This document shows positions 56,031-64,000 of a stretch of 64,000 bases of DNA, one piece after another. Position 1 is the first letter of the stretch, and every line of letters starts with the position of its first letter. The notes beneath the pieces are model-generated. The model saw only the letters and a program-made list of their open reading frames with translations. It had not been told where the DNA came from and did not search any database. Source of the stretch: an uncultured Prevotellaceae bacterium (lineage in GTDB: Bacteria > Bacteroidota > Bacteroidia > Bacteroidales > UBA3663); the NCBI GenBank assembly GCA_900319235.1, contig ONNR01000008.1, positions 37,902 to 101,901 on the forward strand. The letters run 5' to 3'. The position numbers were made by a program, and so were the translations under genes.

Positions 56031-58664
56031 ATGTTTTTAGAACTACTATCTAATGTGCTGAAACGGTTTTGTTTCTGTTTGATATTTATGAGCTCAGCCA
56101 CTGCGATGTCTTTGGCTGAAGATGTTGTATTGTCTGGCACGGTGCTCAATGGTTCAAATAATGCTTTTGACCAAAACGCAAGCACATACTATTCGGGCAA
56201 TTCCAAGAACTATGCATGGGCAGGTTTGGATTTGGGAGACCCGTGCATTATTACTAAGGTGGGATGGATGCCTCGTAGCGGTTATGTTAGTCGTATGCAA
56301 CTTGGCGTCTTTGAAGGAGCTAACGACCCGAACTTTATGGATGCCTTGCCTCTCACGATTATTCGTGTTGCTGGACAAGCGGGAAAAATGAACTATGCCG
56401 AAGTCTCCTGTTCTCGTGGTTTTCGCTATGTGCGCTATGTCGGTCCTTCGGGTAGTTTTGGAAATGTCGCAGAACTAGAATTCTATGGGCATCCAGGCGA
56501 GGGTGATATGTCCAATCTCTATCGTATCACCAATCTGCCTACTATCAGCCTCCATACTCTCAATAATGAGCTTCCCGTAGATAAGGAAAATGATGTGAAT
56601 GTACAAATTATCATCATTGGTGATAACGTCAGTCAATATCTGATTGAACCAGGATCATTCCGTGAGCGAGGCAATGTGTCGCGTTATTTTGACAAGAAAC
56701 CCTGGCGAATAAAGTTTGAGAGCAAGCAACGCGTGCTTGATGCACCTGCCAAGGCCAAGAAATGGACCCTTATCCCTAACTATAGTGACAAGACCTTGAT
56801 GCGTAACCTTTTAGCCTTCGAGCTAAGTCGATGTGTCGGTATGCCTTATACTCCTTATGGACGTTCCGTAGATGTTCTTGTGAATGGCGAGTACAAAGGT
56901 AATTATCAGTTATGTGATCAGATTCAGGTCCATAAGAAACGTGTCAATATCGAGGAGATGACACCTCGTGATGACTCTGGAGATGCCCTTACTGGTGGAT
57001 ATCTGTTTGAGATTGATGCTTATGCTGACGATGAGAAGTCCTTTTTTTATTCTGAGAAGAATACTCCTGTGACCATCAAGTCGCCTGATGATGACAGTAT
57101 CACCGACAATCAGAGGAATTATATCGAGACTCATTTTAACAAATTGGAGAACGATTGGCGCAAATATCTTGACCTGAATACATTCCTGCGACACTTTCTT
57201 GTTGGAGAGCTATCGGGCAATACTGACACCTATTGGAGCGTCTACATGTACAAGCATAGGATGAATGATACCATCTATACAGGCCCCGTATGGGATTTCG
57301 ACATAGCTTTTCAAAACGATTATCGTACCTACCCCATCAATGACAAGAGCGATTTTATTTATCGCTCGGGAGGAAGTTGTGCGGGCAACATGCTGAATTT
57401 TGTAGATGATATCGTCATTAACAATGATAGCGCATCTCAACGACTTGTTTCCATTTGGGAAGAAGCTCGTCATAAAGTATTGGATGAAGAACATGTTGTT
57501 GCATATATAGATTCACTTGAGGAGGAAATGCAGCAATCGCAGGAGCTTAATTTCAAGCGCTGGCCTATTTTGAAAGAGAGGGTACAAATGAATCCAATTG
57601 TCTGGGGCAGTTATGAAGCCGAGGTCGGAAATGTGCGCGACTTTGTCGTCAATCGTATTAAATGGATGGACAATCGCCTGGGTGCTGTGATTGACCCGGC
57701 ACTATTTGTTGATCAGCCTTTTGTCAACAATGGCAATAATGCATACGAAGATGATCTGGTGATGCACTTCAATCTCAAGAGTGAATCCCGGTATGAGTCA
57801 AATGCCCATGTATATTATTCGATCAATGCCGATCAGTTGGCATGGAATGGTCGAAATGATTATGCTTCGATTCCTGTTGGCGGAGAATTGACGGGAGAAT
57901 TGGACCTTGCTCAGTCTTTTGCAGACATCAAGAATGACTTGACGCCAAATCAGAGCTACACGGTCTATTTCTATACCGATAAGAACCGGAACAAGCCCTA
58001 CAACTATCCTTCGGCCACCTTTACCTATCGTTCGAAACTGACGGTTGACTATAGTGTTGAATCTATGGGATATGGCACGCTGATACTTCCATTTGACCAC
58101 GAACTTCCCGAAGGCTGGAAAGTGTATGGTTGTTCGGGCGTAGATGAAAATGGCGTGCTGACCTTGGACGAAGATGTCAGCATCAGGCGCAATGTGCCAT
58201 ACATCATACAGGCCACTCCAGGCACTACCTACCAGTTTGTGGGCCCTAAGGCCATCGATGCCGATAAACCTACATTTACCGAAGGTGTGTTGGTCGGAGT
58301 TGTTGCCGACAACGTCCCGCTCGTTGCAGGAACAGACTACATCATGCAGGATCAGGCTGGCAGGGTCGCATTCTATAAATACACGGGCACTCCCTCGACC
58401 GACCCATTGGAGAATGACAGCAATAATAATCGGCTTGCTACACCTTTCCGTGCTTATCTGAGGCTCAATAATTCAGCCAATGCCAAGTTATTCTTGCCTA
58501 ATCATATTGCTGGCGAGACTGAGGGTATCGAGGAAATTGGCAACGAAAATGCCCGTCGTGCCGGCTTCTACTCCATCGACGGCAAGCGACATGAATCTCT
58601 CCAGAAGGGCTTTAACCTAATCATCAGCGAAGATGGCTCGGTTCAAAAAGTTTTCGTCAAATAA
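56031..58664 (+). CDS. CotH kinase family protein with N-terminal discoidin domain, a C-terminal module shared with the C10 peptidase, and a T9SS sorting domain
   Basis: Strongly similar by eye to 50791..52611 over the discoidin and CotH regions. The last ~300 aa align with the C-terminus of 52949..55567. Confidence 0.85.
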   Translation: MFLELLSNVLKRFCFCLIFMSSATAMSLAEDVVLSGTVLNGSNNAFDQNASTYYSGNSKNYAWAGLDLGDPCIITKVGWMPRSGYVSRMQLGVFEGANDPNFMDALPLTIIRVAGQAGKMNYAEVSCSRGFRYVRYVGPSGSFGNVAELEFYGHPGEGDMSNLYRITNLPTISLHTLNNELPVDKENDVNVQIIIIGDNVSQYLIEPGSFRERGNVSRYFDKKPWRIKFESKQRVLDAPAKAKKWTLIPNYSDKTLMRNLLAFELSRCVGMPYTPYGRSVDVLVNGEYKGNYQLCDQIQVHKKRVNIEEMTPRDDSGDALTGGYLFEIDAYADDEKSFFYSEKNTPVTIKSPDDDSITDNQRNYIETHFNKLENDWRKYLDLNTFLRHFLVGELSGNTDTYWSVYMYKHRMNDTIYTGPVWDFDIAFQNDYRTYPINDKSDFIYRSGGSCAGNMLNFVDDIVINNDSASQRLVSIWEEARHKVLDEEHVVAYIDSLEEEMQQSQELNFKRWPILKERVQMNPIVWGSYEAEVGNVRDFVVNRIKWMDNRLGAVIDPALFVDQPFVNNGNNAYEDDLVMHFNLKSESRYESNAHVYYSINADQLAWNGRNDYASIPVGGELTGELDLAQSFADIKNDLTPNQSYTVYFYTDKNRNKPYNYPSATFTYRSKLTVDYSVESMGYGTLILPFDHELPEGWKVYGCSGVDENGVLTLDEDVSIRRNVPYIIQATPGTTYQFVGPKAIDADKPTFTEGVLVGVVADNVPLVAGTDYIMQDQAGRVAFYKYTGTPSTDPLENDSNNNRLATPFRAYLRLNNSANAKLFLPNHIAGETEGIEEIGNENARRAGFYSIDGKRHESLQKGFNLIISEDGSVQKVFVK

Positions 58665-58691
58665 TTTTATGATTTTACAACATTATTCGAT

Positions 58692-58853
58692 ATGAAAAAG
58701 TCATATGATTCTCCGATATTTCGGGTTCGGTTTGTAAAAGTGTCTGACGTGATAGTCACCTCCGACCCACAACTTACTGACGATCCTTCTGACGACGGCA
58801 AGCAGTTGGCAAAGCCTACGGGTCGTTCTAATGATTGGGAAAGTTACGAGTAA
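58692..58853 (+). CDS. small ORF (53 aa), below the track threshold; paralog of 55586..55759
   Basis: MKKSYDSPIFRVRFVKVSDVIVTSDPQLTDDPSDDGKQLAKPTGRSNDWESYE. Starts 28 nt after the CotH stop and is followed by the paired terminator. Confidence 0.45.
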   Translation: MKKSYDSPIFRVRFVKVSDVIVTSDPQLTDDPSDDGKQLAKPTGRSNDWESYE

Positions 58854-58867
58854 TCTTTGGATTAGAA

Positions 58868-58900
58868 AAGCCTTGGCCAATGTGGTCAAGGCTTTATTTT
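58868..58900 (+). terminator. rho-independent terminator (copy 2); overlaps the 3' end of the convergent AraC-type gene
   Basis: AAGCCTTGGCC-AATGT-GGTCAAGGCTT, then TATTTTC. Confidence 0.8.
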
Positions 58901-59221
58901 CTTCATATATGATCGTGGCGAATCGTTCATGATCTGTTTGAACTTGCGGAAGAATGCCGTCTCTGAAACGAAACCCGATTCGGTGGCAACATTTTCCATC
59001 GTCATCATGGGATGTTCGGCCATCACGGCGATTGAATATTCGATGCGCTTTCGATTAAGGTAAACGGTAAACGAATAGCCGAATGTCGTGTTTATCGCCC
59101 TTGATACGTAAAGGCGATTGGTGGCAAGTTCCCTGGCAACATCCCGGATTGTGAGTTCGGGGTTTCGGAACAGTAGCTCATCGTTCATGATGGCTTCTAT
59201 CTTTTGAATAAGCTCTTCCAT
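58886..59221 (-). CDS. stand-alone AraC-type helix-turn-helix DNA-binding protein
   Basis: 111 aa consisting of an HTH_18-type double HTH (LTIRDVARELATNRLYVSRAI...ESGFVSETAFFRKFK). No sensor domain. Confidence 0.8.
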   Translation of the reverse strand: MEELIQKIEAIMNDELLFRNPELTIRDVARELATNRLYVSRAINTTFGYSFTVYLNRKRIEYSIAVMAEHPMMTMENVATESGFVSETAFFRKFKQIMNDSPRSYMKKIKP

Positions 59222-59573
59222 TATTGAATATCGTCAGTTAATAATGAGATACAAAATGAGAAAACTATGTTTTCGGTTTTTACTGCTTGTATAACGCGGC
59301 AAAGGTATGCCTTTATTATCATCAAAGCAAGCCCAAACAGCAATATTTTCTATATTTAACGTTAATTAACAAATGGGGGGGGTAAAAACTAGTGTTTATG
59401 TGGGTAAATATAGTTTGAAATGGCTTGAGAGGCTGATTGAACAACATTGTGACAGGTTGGTTGAAGGTTTGGAAATTTACGTTTTGCCTCGCTATAATCA
59501 CCATAAATGTAACATTTTATTCACTAATTTGCGTTTTTTGGCCGAAATACTTTGTGGAATGAAGAATTTTAAT

Positions 59574-59581
59574 TAACTTTG
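59574..59581 (+). promoter_or_regulatory. -7 box TAACTTTG
   Basis: TAnnTTTG 51 nt upstream of ATG 59632. Confidence 0.55.
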
Positions 59582-59631
59582 CGGCGTATATTATTATTTA
59601 TGAGTAAACATCCTTACTAAAACCAACACAA

Positions 59632-62112
59632 ATGAAAAAGACATTTCTTTTGACACTTGCCCTGGCTGTGGTTGCAACCGCTTGTAACAAGCAGCAGACG
59701 ACCGAGCCGGCAATTCCTCGTGATGCAGAACTTGAAGCCAAGATCGAGAAGAAACTGGCTGAGATGTCGCTCGATGAGAAGATCGGTCAGATGCTCGAAC
59801 TCAATCTCGACGTCCTGGGGGGTATGAAGTTTGAGAATGCGAAGATTGACCGCGATAAACTTCGCAAGACATTGCTTCAGTTCGGACAGGGCGAACAGGC
59901 TGTGGCCGAAGTGCTGAAGCTCACCGATGAAGAGATCATGCAGCGTATGGGCGGCTATGGCCTCGACATCTTCACAAGCGACACCAAGCGTTCGTGGGAA
60001 CTCAACGAGACCGTGCTCGACACCACCATCAGCAAATGGAAGGTGGGTTCGGTGCTCAATGCCCCTGGCAAAGCCGGTACGGTGGAGCAATGGCAGCGCT
60101 GGATTCCGCAGATCCAGGCGAAGTCGATGGAGTACCTCGGCATCCCCGACATCTATGGCCTTGACAACAACCACGGCGTGACCTACGTGCAGGGCGGCAC
60201 ACTCTTCCCGCAGCCCATCAACCTCGGCGCATCGTTCAACATCGCCTTGGCAAAGGAGATGGCCGAAATCACCGCCTACGAGAGCCGTGCCGCCAACTGC
60301 CCTTGGGTGTATAATCCTGTGCTCGACCTGGGTCGTGACCCGCGCTGGTCGCGTATCTGGGAAAGCTTCGGCGAAGATGCCATCGTCAATTCGCGTATGG
60401 TTGAGGCCGAGATTGCAGGTTATCAGGGCGACGATCCCAACCACCTCGGCAAGTACCATGTGGCAACGAGCGTGAAGCATTACTTCGCCTATGGCGCTCC
60501 CTTCACCGGCAAGGACCGTACTCCTGCCTACCTCTCCCCTGCTATGCTTCGCGAGAAGTATTTCGAGCCCTTCAAGAACGCCATCAAGGCGGGCGCCCTG
60601 ACCATTATGGTCAATTCCGCTTCGATCAATGGTGTTCCCGTACACGCAAGCTACAAGTACCTGACCCAATGGCTGAAGGAAGACCTGCAGTGGGACGGTA
60701 TGATTGTGACCGACTGGGCCGACATCAACAACCTCTATCAGCGCGAAAGGGTTGCCAAGGACAAGAAGGATGCCATCCGCATCGCCATCAACGCCGGTAT
60801 CGATATGAGCATGGACCCCTACAGCGTGGAGTTCTGCGTATTGCTGAAGGAACTGGTTGAGGAAGGAAAGGTGCCTATGTCGCGCATCGATGATGCCACT
60901 CGCCGCGTGCTTCGCGTGAAGTATCGTCTCGGCTTGTTTGATAACCCCAACACCGGTGGCGAGGGTTATGAGAAGTTCGGATGTGACGAGTTTGCCCAGA
61001 AGGCCCTCCATTCGGCTGAGGAAGGCGAGATCCTGCTCAAGAACGAAGGCGGCATCCTCCCGCTCAAGCAGGGCGTCCGCATTCTGCTCACCGGACCTAA
61101 TGCCAACCAGATGCGCTGCCTCAATGGCGGCTGGAGCTACACCTGGCAGGGTTCGAACATCGAGGAGATGGCTGAGAAGTACAACACCATCTACGAGGCA
61201 TTCTGCAACAAGTTCGGTGCGAAGAACGTTGTCCTCGAGAAGGGCGTCGAATACAACGAGGCTGGTGCCTACTATGACGAACTTCCTCCACGCATCGAAA
61301 AGGCTGTGGCTGCTGCCCGTGGCGTCGATGTCATCGTGGCCTGCATTGGTGAGAACAGCTACTGCGAGACTCCTGGTAACCTCACTGACCTTTGGCTGAG
61401 CGAGAACCAGCGCAATCTCGTGAAGGCTTTGGCAAAGACCGGCAAGCCCATCATCCTCGTGCTCAACGAAGGCCGTCCACGTCTGATTGCCGACATCGAG
61501 CCTTTGGCAAAGGGTGTCATCGACATTCTGCTTCCAGGCAACTACGGTGCCGATGCGCTTGCAAACCTGATGGCTGGCGATGCCAACTTCTCGGCAAAGC
61601 TGCCTTACACCTATCCGCGTGAAATCAACTCGCTTGCCAACTATGACTACAAGGTGAGCGAAGAGGTAGGAACCATGGCAGGCGCCTACAACTACGATGC
61701 CAAGGTTTCGCTGCAATGGCCCTTCGGCTACGGTTTGAGCTACACTACCTTCGAATACAGCAACCTGAAAGTGGATAAGACCGACTTTGGTGTGAACGAC
61801 GAACTGACAGTTACCGTCGATGTGAAGAACACCGGTTCGGTGGCTGGCAAGGAGCCTGTCCTCCTCTACTCGAGCGATGTGGTTGCAAGCATCGTGCCCG
61901 ACAATCGTCGTCTGCGCTGCTTCGACAAGGTGGATCTGAATCCGGGTGAGAGCACAACTGTTACCTTCAAGCTTCCAGCCAAGAACCTCGCTTTCGTCAA
62001 CGAAGACGGCAAGTGGACGCTCGAAGAAGGCGAATTCATCCTCAAGGTGGGCCAGTTGACCCAAAGCGTCAATTGCACGACCACCAAGGTTTGGGATGAG
62101 CCGAACATCTAA
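59632..62112 (+). CDS. glycoside hydrolase family 3 (beta-glucosidase/xylosidase-type) lipoprotein
   Basis: Lipobox VATAC. GH3 N-domain (KHYFAYG, GMIVTDW nucleophile region), GH3 C-domain and a Fn3-like C-terminus. Confidence 0.9.
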   Translation: MKKTFLLTLALAVVATACNKQQTTEPAIPRDAELEAKIEKKLAEMSLDEKIGQMLELNLDVLGGMKFENAKIDRDKLRKTLLQFGQGEQAVAEVLKLTDEEIMQRMGGYGLDIFTSDTKRSWELNETVLDTTISKWKVGSVLNAPGKAGTVEQWQRWIPQIQAKSMEYLGIPDIYGLDNNHGVTYVQGGTLFPQPINLGASFNIALAKEMAEITAYESRAANCPWVYNPVLDLGRDPRWSRIWESFGEDAIVNSRMVEAEIAGYQGDDPNHLGKYHVATSVKHYFAYGAPFTGKDRTPAYLSPAMLREKYFEPFKNAIKAGALTIMVNSASINGVPVHASYKYLTQWLKEDLQWDGMIVTDWADINNLYQRERVAKDKKDAIRIAINAGIDMSMDPYSVEFCVLLKELVEEGKVPMSRIDDATRRVLRVKYRLGLFDNPNTGGEGYEKFGCDEFAQKALHSAEEGEILLKNEGGILPLKQGVRILLTGPNANQMRCLNGGWSYTWQGSNIEEMAEKYNTIYEAFCNKFGAKNVVLEKGVEYNEAGAYYDELPPRIEKAVAAARGVDVIVACIGENSYCETPGNLTDLWLSENQRNLVKALAKTGKPIILVLNEGRPRLIADIEPLAKGVIDILLPGNYGADALANLMAGDANFSAKLPYTYPREINSLANYDYKVSEEVGTMAGAYNYDAKVSLQWPFGYGLSYTTFEYSNLKVDKTDFGVNDELTVTVDVKNTGSVAGKEPVLLYSSDVVASIVPDNRRLRCFDKVDLNPGESTTVTFKLPAKNLAFVNEDGKWTLEEGEFILKVGQLTQSVNCTTTKVWDEPNI

Positions 62113-62187
62113 CTAGTCTAAAAGATCGGAGTACTCGGAATGATCGGAATGTTCTGGGTACTCCGATTATTAGAGATTAAACACATT

Positions 62188-64000
62188 ATGAAAAAATTCT
62201 TTCTATCACTTTTGGCAACCGCGCTGATTGCCAATGTTCAGGCTGGCGTTGAGGTCCAGCAGGTTGGTGGATGGTTTGAGTCTGGGTATGTCACTTGGAC
62301 GGGTGTGTCGGGCGCTACCGACTACAATGTTTATGTGAAAGCTGGTGAAGGCGGCGATTGGACGCAACTTGACAAGGAACTTGTTCGCCAATATCCCTCC
62401 TACTTCCGTGCTGATGCCGTGGGCTTAAAGGCGGGAACGTATCTGTTCAAGGTCGTTCCGGTGAATGCAAGCGGCGAGATGAACGGAGAGGCGACAGAGA
62501 CCGAAGCGTTTACTGCCTCGGCTCACGATCGCTCAGGATTTGCGCACGTGGGTATGGACGATGGCATTGGTGCCTACAAGAACGATGGCGCGTTGAAAGA
62601 GAGTGCCAAGGTGATCTATGTCTGGGCAGATAATGCCAAGACGGTGAGCACCGACGTGAAGACTTCATCGTCGAAATACACTACCGCCAAAGGCTTGCAG
62701 GACATCATCTACTATTATCAGAAAGGCTACGACACCACGCCATTGGCCATTCGTGTGATCGGCACCATCAAGGATGGCGATATGGACCGCTTTGAGTCGA
62801 GTGGCGAAGGCCTTCAGGTAAAGGGCAAGAACGAATACAGCAATGTGCCCATCACCATCGAGGGCGTTGGCGAAGATGCCGCGTTCCATGGTTTCGGTAT
62901 GCTGGTGCGTAACTGCAAAGGCGTGGAGATTCGTAACCTCGGTATCCTTTGTTGCATGGACGATGCCATCTCGCTCGACACGGGCAATTCGAACGTGTGG
63001 GTTCATAACTGTGACTTCTTCTATGGCAAACCCGGCAGCGATGCCGATCAAGCCAAGGGCGATGGCACAGTGGACATCAAGGGTGAATCGAAGAACATTA
63101 CGGTTTCGTACAACCATTTCTTCGACACGGGCAAGTCGAGCCTCGGTGGTATGAAGAGCGAAACAATTGCCTGCTGGCACAGCTATCATCACAACTGGTT
63201 CGACCATAGCGACTCGCGTCATCCACGCATTCGCACGATGTTCTTCCACGTCTATAACAACTATTTCGATGGCGTGTCGAAATACGGCGTGGGTGTGACG
63301 ATGGGCGGTTCGGCTTTCGTCGAAGGCAATTACTTCCGCAACTGCAAGTACCCGATGCTCATCTCGAAGCAGGGTACGGATGCCGAAGGAAGCGGCACTT
63401 TCTCGGGCGAGAATGGCGGCGTGATCAAGGCATTCAACAACGAGATCGTCAATCCGCGAAAAGTTCAGTATTACGATGGTAGTCAAACCAATGGCCGTTG
63501 GGATGCCGTGCTCGTAGCCAATCGTGCTGACGAAGTGACTGCCAAGGCTTACGCAGGTGGTACGACCTACAACGAAGAGGCCGATGCCGCTGCTAGAAGC
63601 ACCTATGTCGAGAACAAGATGGATGCTCCTGCTGATGTGCCCGCTATCGTTCGTGGTACGTTGGGTGCCGGACGTATGAACCATGGCGACTTCAAGTGGA
63701 CCTTCAACAACTTGAAGCAGGATGAGAACTATGGTGTGATTGCTGAGCTCAAGACCGCTTTGCTCAATTACAAGAGCACGCTCGTAGGCTTTGCCGATGG
63801 CACGACAATCAGCAATGGCGGCGCTACGGAAACGGTGAATGGTGGCGATGGCGTGGGTATGGATCAGGCCGAGAACGATGCCTATGTTCCCTCGTGGGCA
63901 GGTGGTGGTGGCACTACCCCAACATCCGAAGGTGAGGCATATATTGCCACCGACAAGGGTGACGGCACGTATGATTACTTCTGGTTCAATGCTGACAATG
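62188..64000 (+). CDS. pectate lyase (PL1-like), 3'-truncated by the window edge
   Basis: Absent from the ORF track because it has no stop in the window. My translation from ATG 62188 gives a signal peptide, then DAISLD..NVWVHNCDF, DGTVDIKGESKNITVSYNHF and HHNWFDHSDSRHPRIR..HVYNNYF, a parallel beta-helix pectate lyase signature. Confidence 0.85.
   Translation, partial: MKKFFLSLLATALIANVQAGVEVQQVGGWFESGYVTWTGVSGATDYNVYVKAGEGGDWTQLDKELVRQYPSYFRADAVGLKAGTYLFKVVPVNASGEMNGEATETEAFTASAHDRSGFAHVGMDDGIGAYKNDGALKESAKVIYVWADNAKTVSTDVKTSSSKYTTAKGLQDIIYYYQKGYDTTPLAIRVIGTIKDGDMDRFESSGEGLQVKGKNEYSNVPITIEGVGEDAAFHGFGMLVRNCKGVEIRNLGILCCMDDAISLDTGNSNVWVHNCDFFYGKPGSDADQAKGDGTVDIKGESKNITVSYNHFFDTGKSSLGGMKSETIACWHSYHHNWFDHSDSRHPRIRTMFFHVYNNYFDGVSKYGVGVTMGGSAFVEGNYFRNCKYPMLISKQGTDAEGSGTFSGENGGVIKAFNNEIVNPRKVQYYDGSQTNGRWDAVLVANRADEVTAKAYAGGTTYNEEADAAARSTYVENKMDAPADVPAIVRGTLGAGRMNHGDFKWTFNNLKQDENYGVIAELKTALLNYKSTLVGFADGTTISNGGATETVNGGDGVGMDQAENDAYVPSWAGGGGTTPTSEGEAYIATDKGDGTYDYFWFNADN

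Noticed and set aside
55586-58853. Calling the two small ORFs RiPP precursors on the basis of the YxxPx(L/F) leader-like motif.
   Set aside because: The window contains no radical-SAM, cyclodehydratase, lanthionine, lasso or peptidase/transport maturation genes. The peptides lack Cys/Ser/Thr-rich cores. I kept them only as conserved small ORFs of unknown role.
1-64000. Prophage, integrative element or plasmid-derived region that might explain the accessory island and the repeats.
   Set aside because: I could recognise no integrase, transposase, relaxase, phage structural gene, tRNA attachment site or flanking direct repeats. The island looks like chromosomal accessory cargo genes.

Overview
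This is a 64-kb chromosomal window from a Bacteroidota genome. It looks Prevotellaceae-like, an inference from three things: gene content, the TAnnTTTG -7 promoter boxes 20-100 nt upstream of many start codons, and several proteins ending in T9SS C-terminal sorting domains. I call about 55 protein-coding genes. I recognise no rRNA, tRNA, CRISPR array, transposase or integrase.

Positions 1-42.7 kb are mostly housekeeping genes: argS, lpxH, udk, pepD, trmB, mrp, ansA, sstT, tpiA and clpC, plus an MltF-like transglycosylase, a GT2 and others. Several accessory-looking inserts sit among them:
- a BKACE / MFS / four-carbon-acid-sugar-kinase operon, convergent with an Asp/Glu racemase gene
- a translationally coupled operon of TMEM43-like protein, small membrane protein and membrane-anchored AAA+ ATPase, followed by a YARHG protein
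- an HD(alarmone-hydrolase-type)-MsrA fusion
- an orphan vsr

Positions 42.8-64 kb are an accessory island of secreted T9SS cargo. It holds three CotH-kinase-family proteins, a C10 (streptopain-like) cysteine peptidase and a lipase-like hydrolase, followed by an AraC-type HTH, a GH3 glycosidase and a 3'-truncated PL1 pectate lyase.

The most unusual signals are not ordinary genes:
1. Ten phased 42-bp tandem repeats, each with a 12-bp palindrome, fill a convergent intergenic gap from stop codon to stop codon (22535-22935).
2. A C-terminal protein module plus a small unannotated ORF plus a near-identical terminator form a duplicated 3' cassette. One copy is attached to the C10 peptidase and the other to a CotH protein.
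3. A 1.1-kb non-coding stretch after the largest CotH gene contains a 41-bp x4 hairpin repeat and a perfect 24-bp inverted repeat around an AT-rich core.
4. Short intergenic 'word-stutter' elements recur across the window (CACGAATTA, TTGTTAATT, TAAGGGATAT). Several of them embed the stop codon of the upstream gene.
5. A BT_3928-like membrane protein and tpiA form one continuous ORF with no stop codon between them.

All functional calls come from motif and family recognition by eye. No database search was run.
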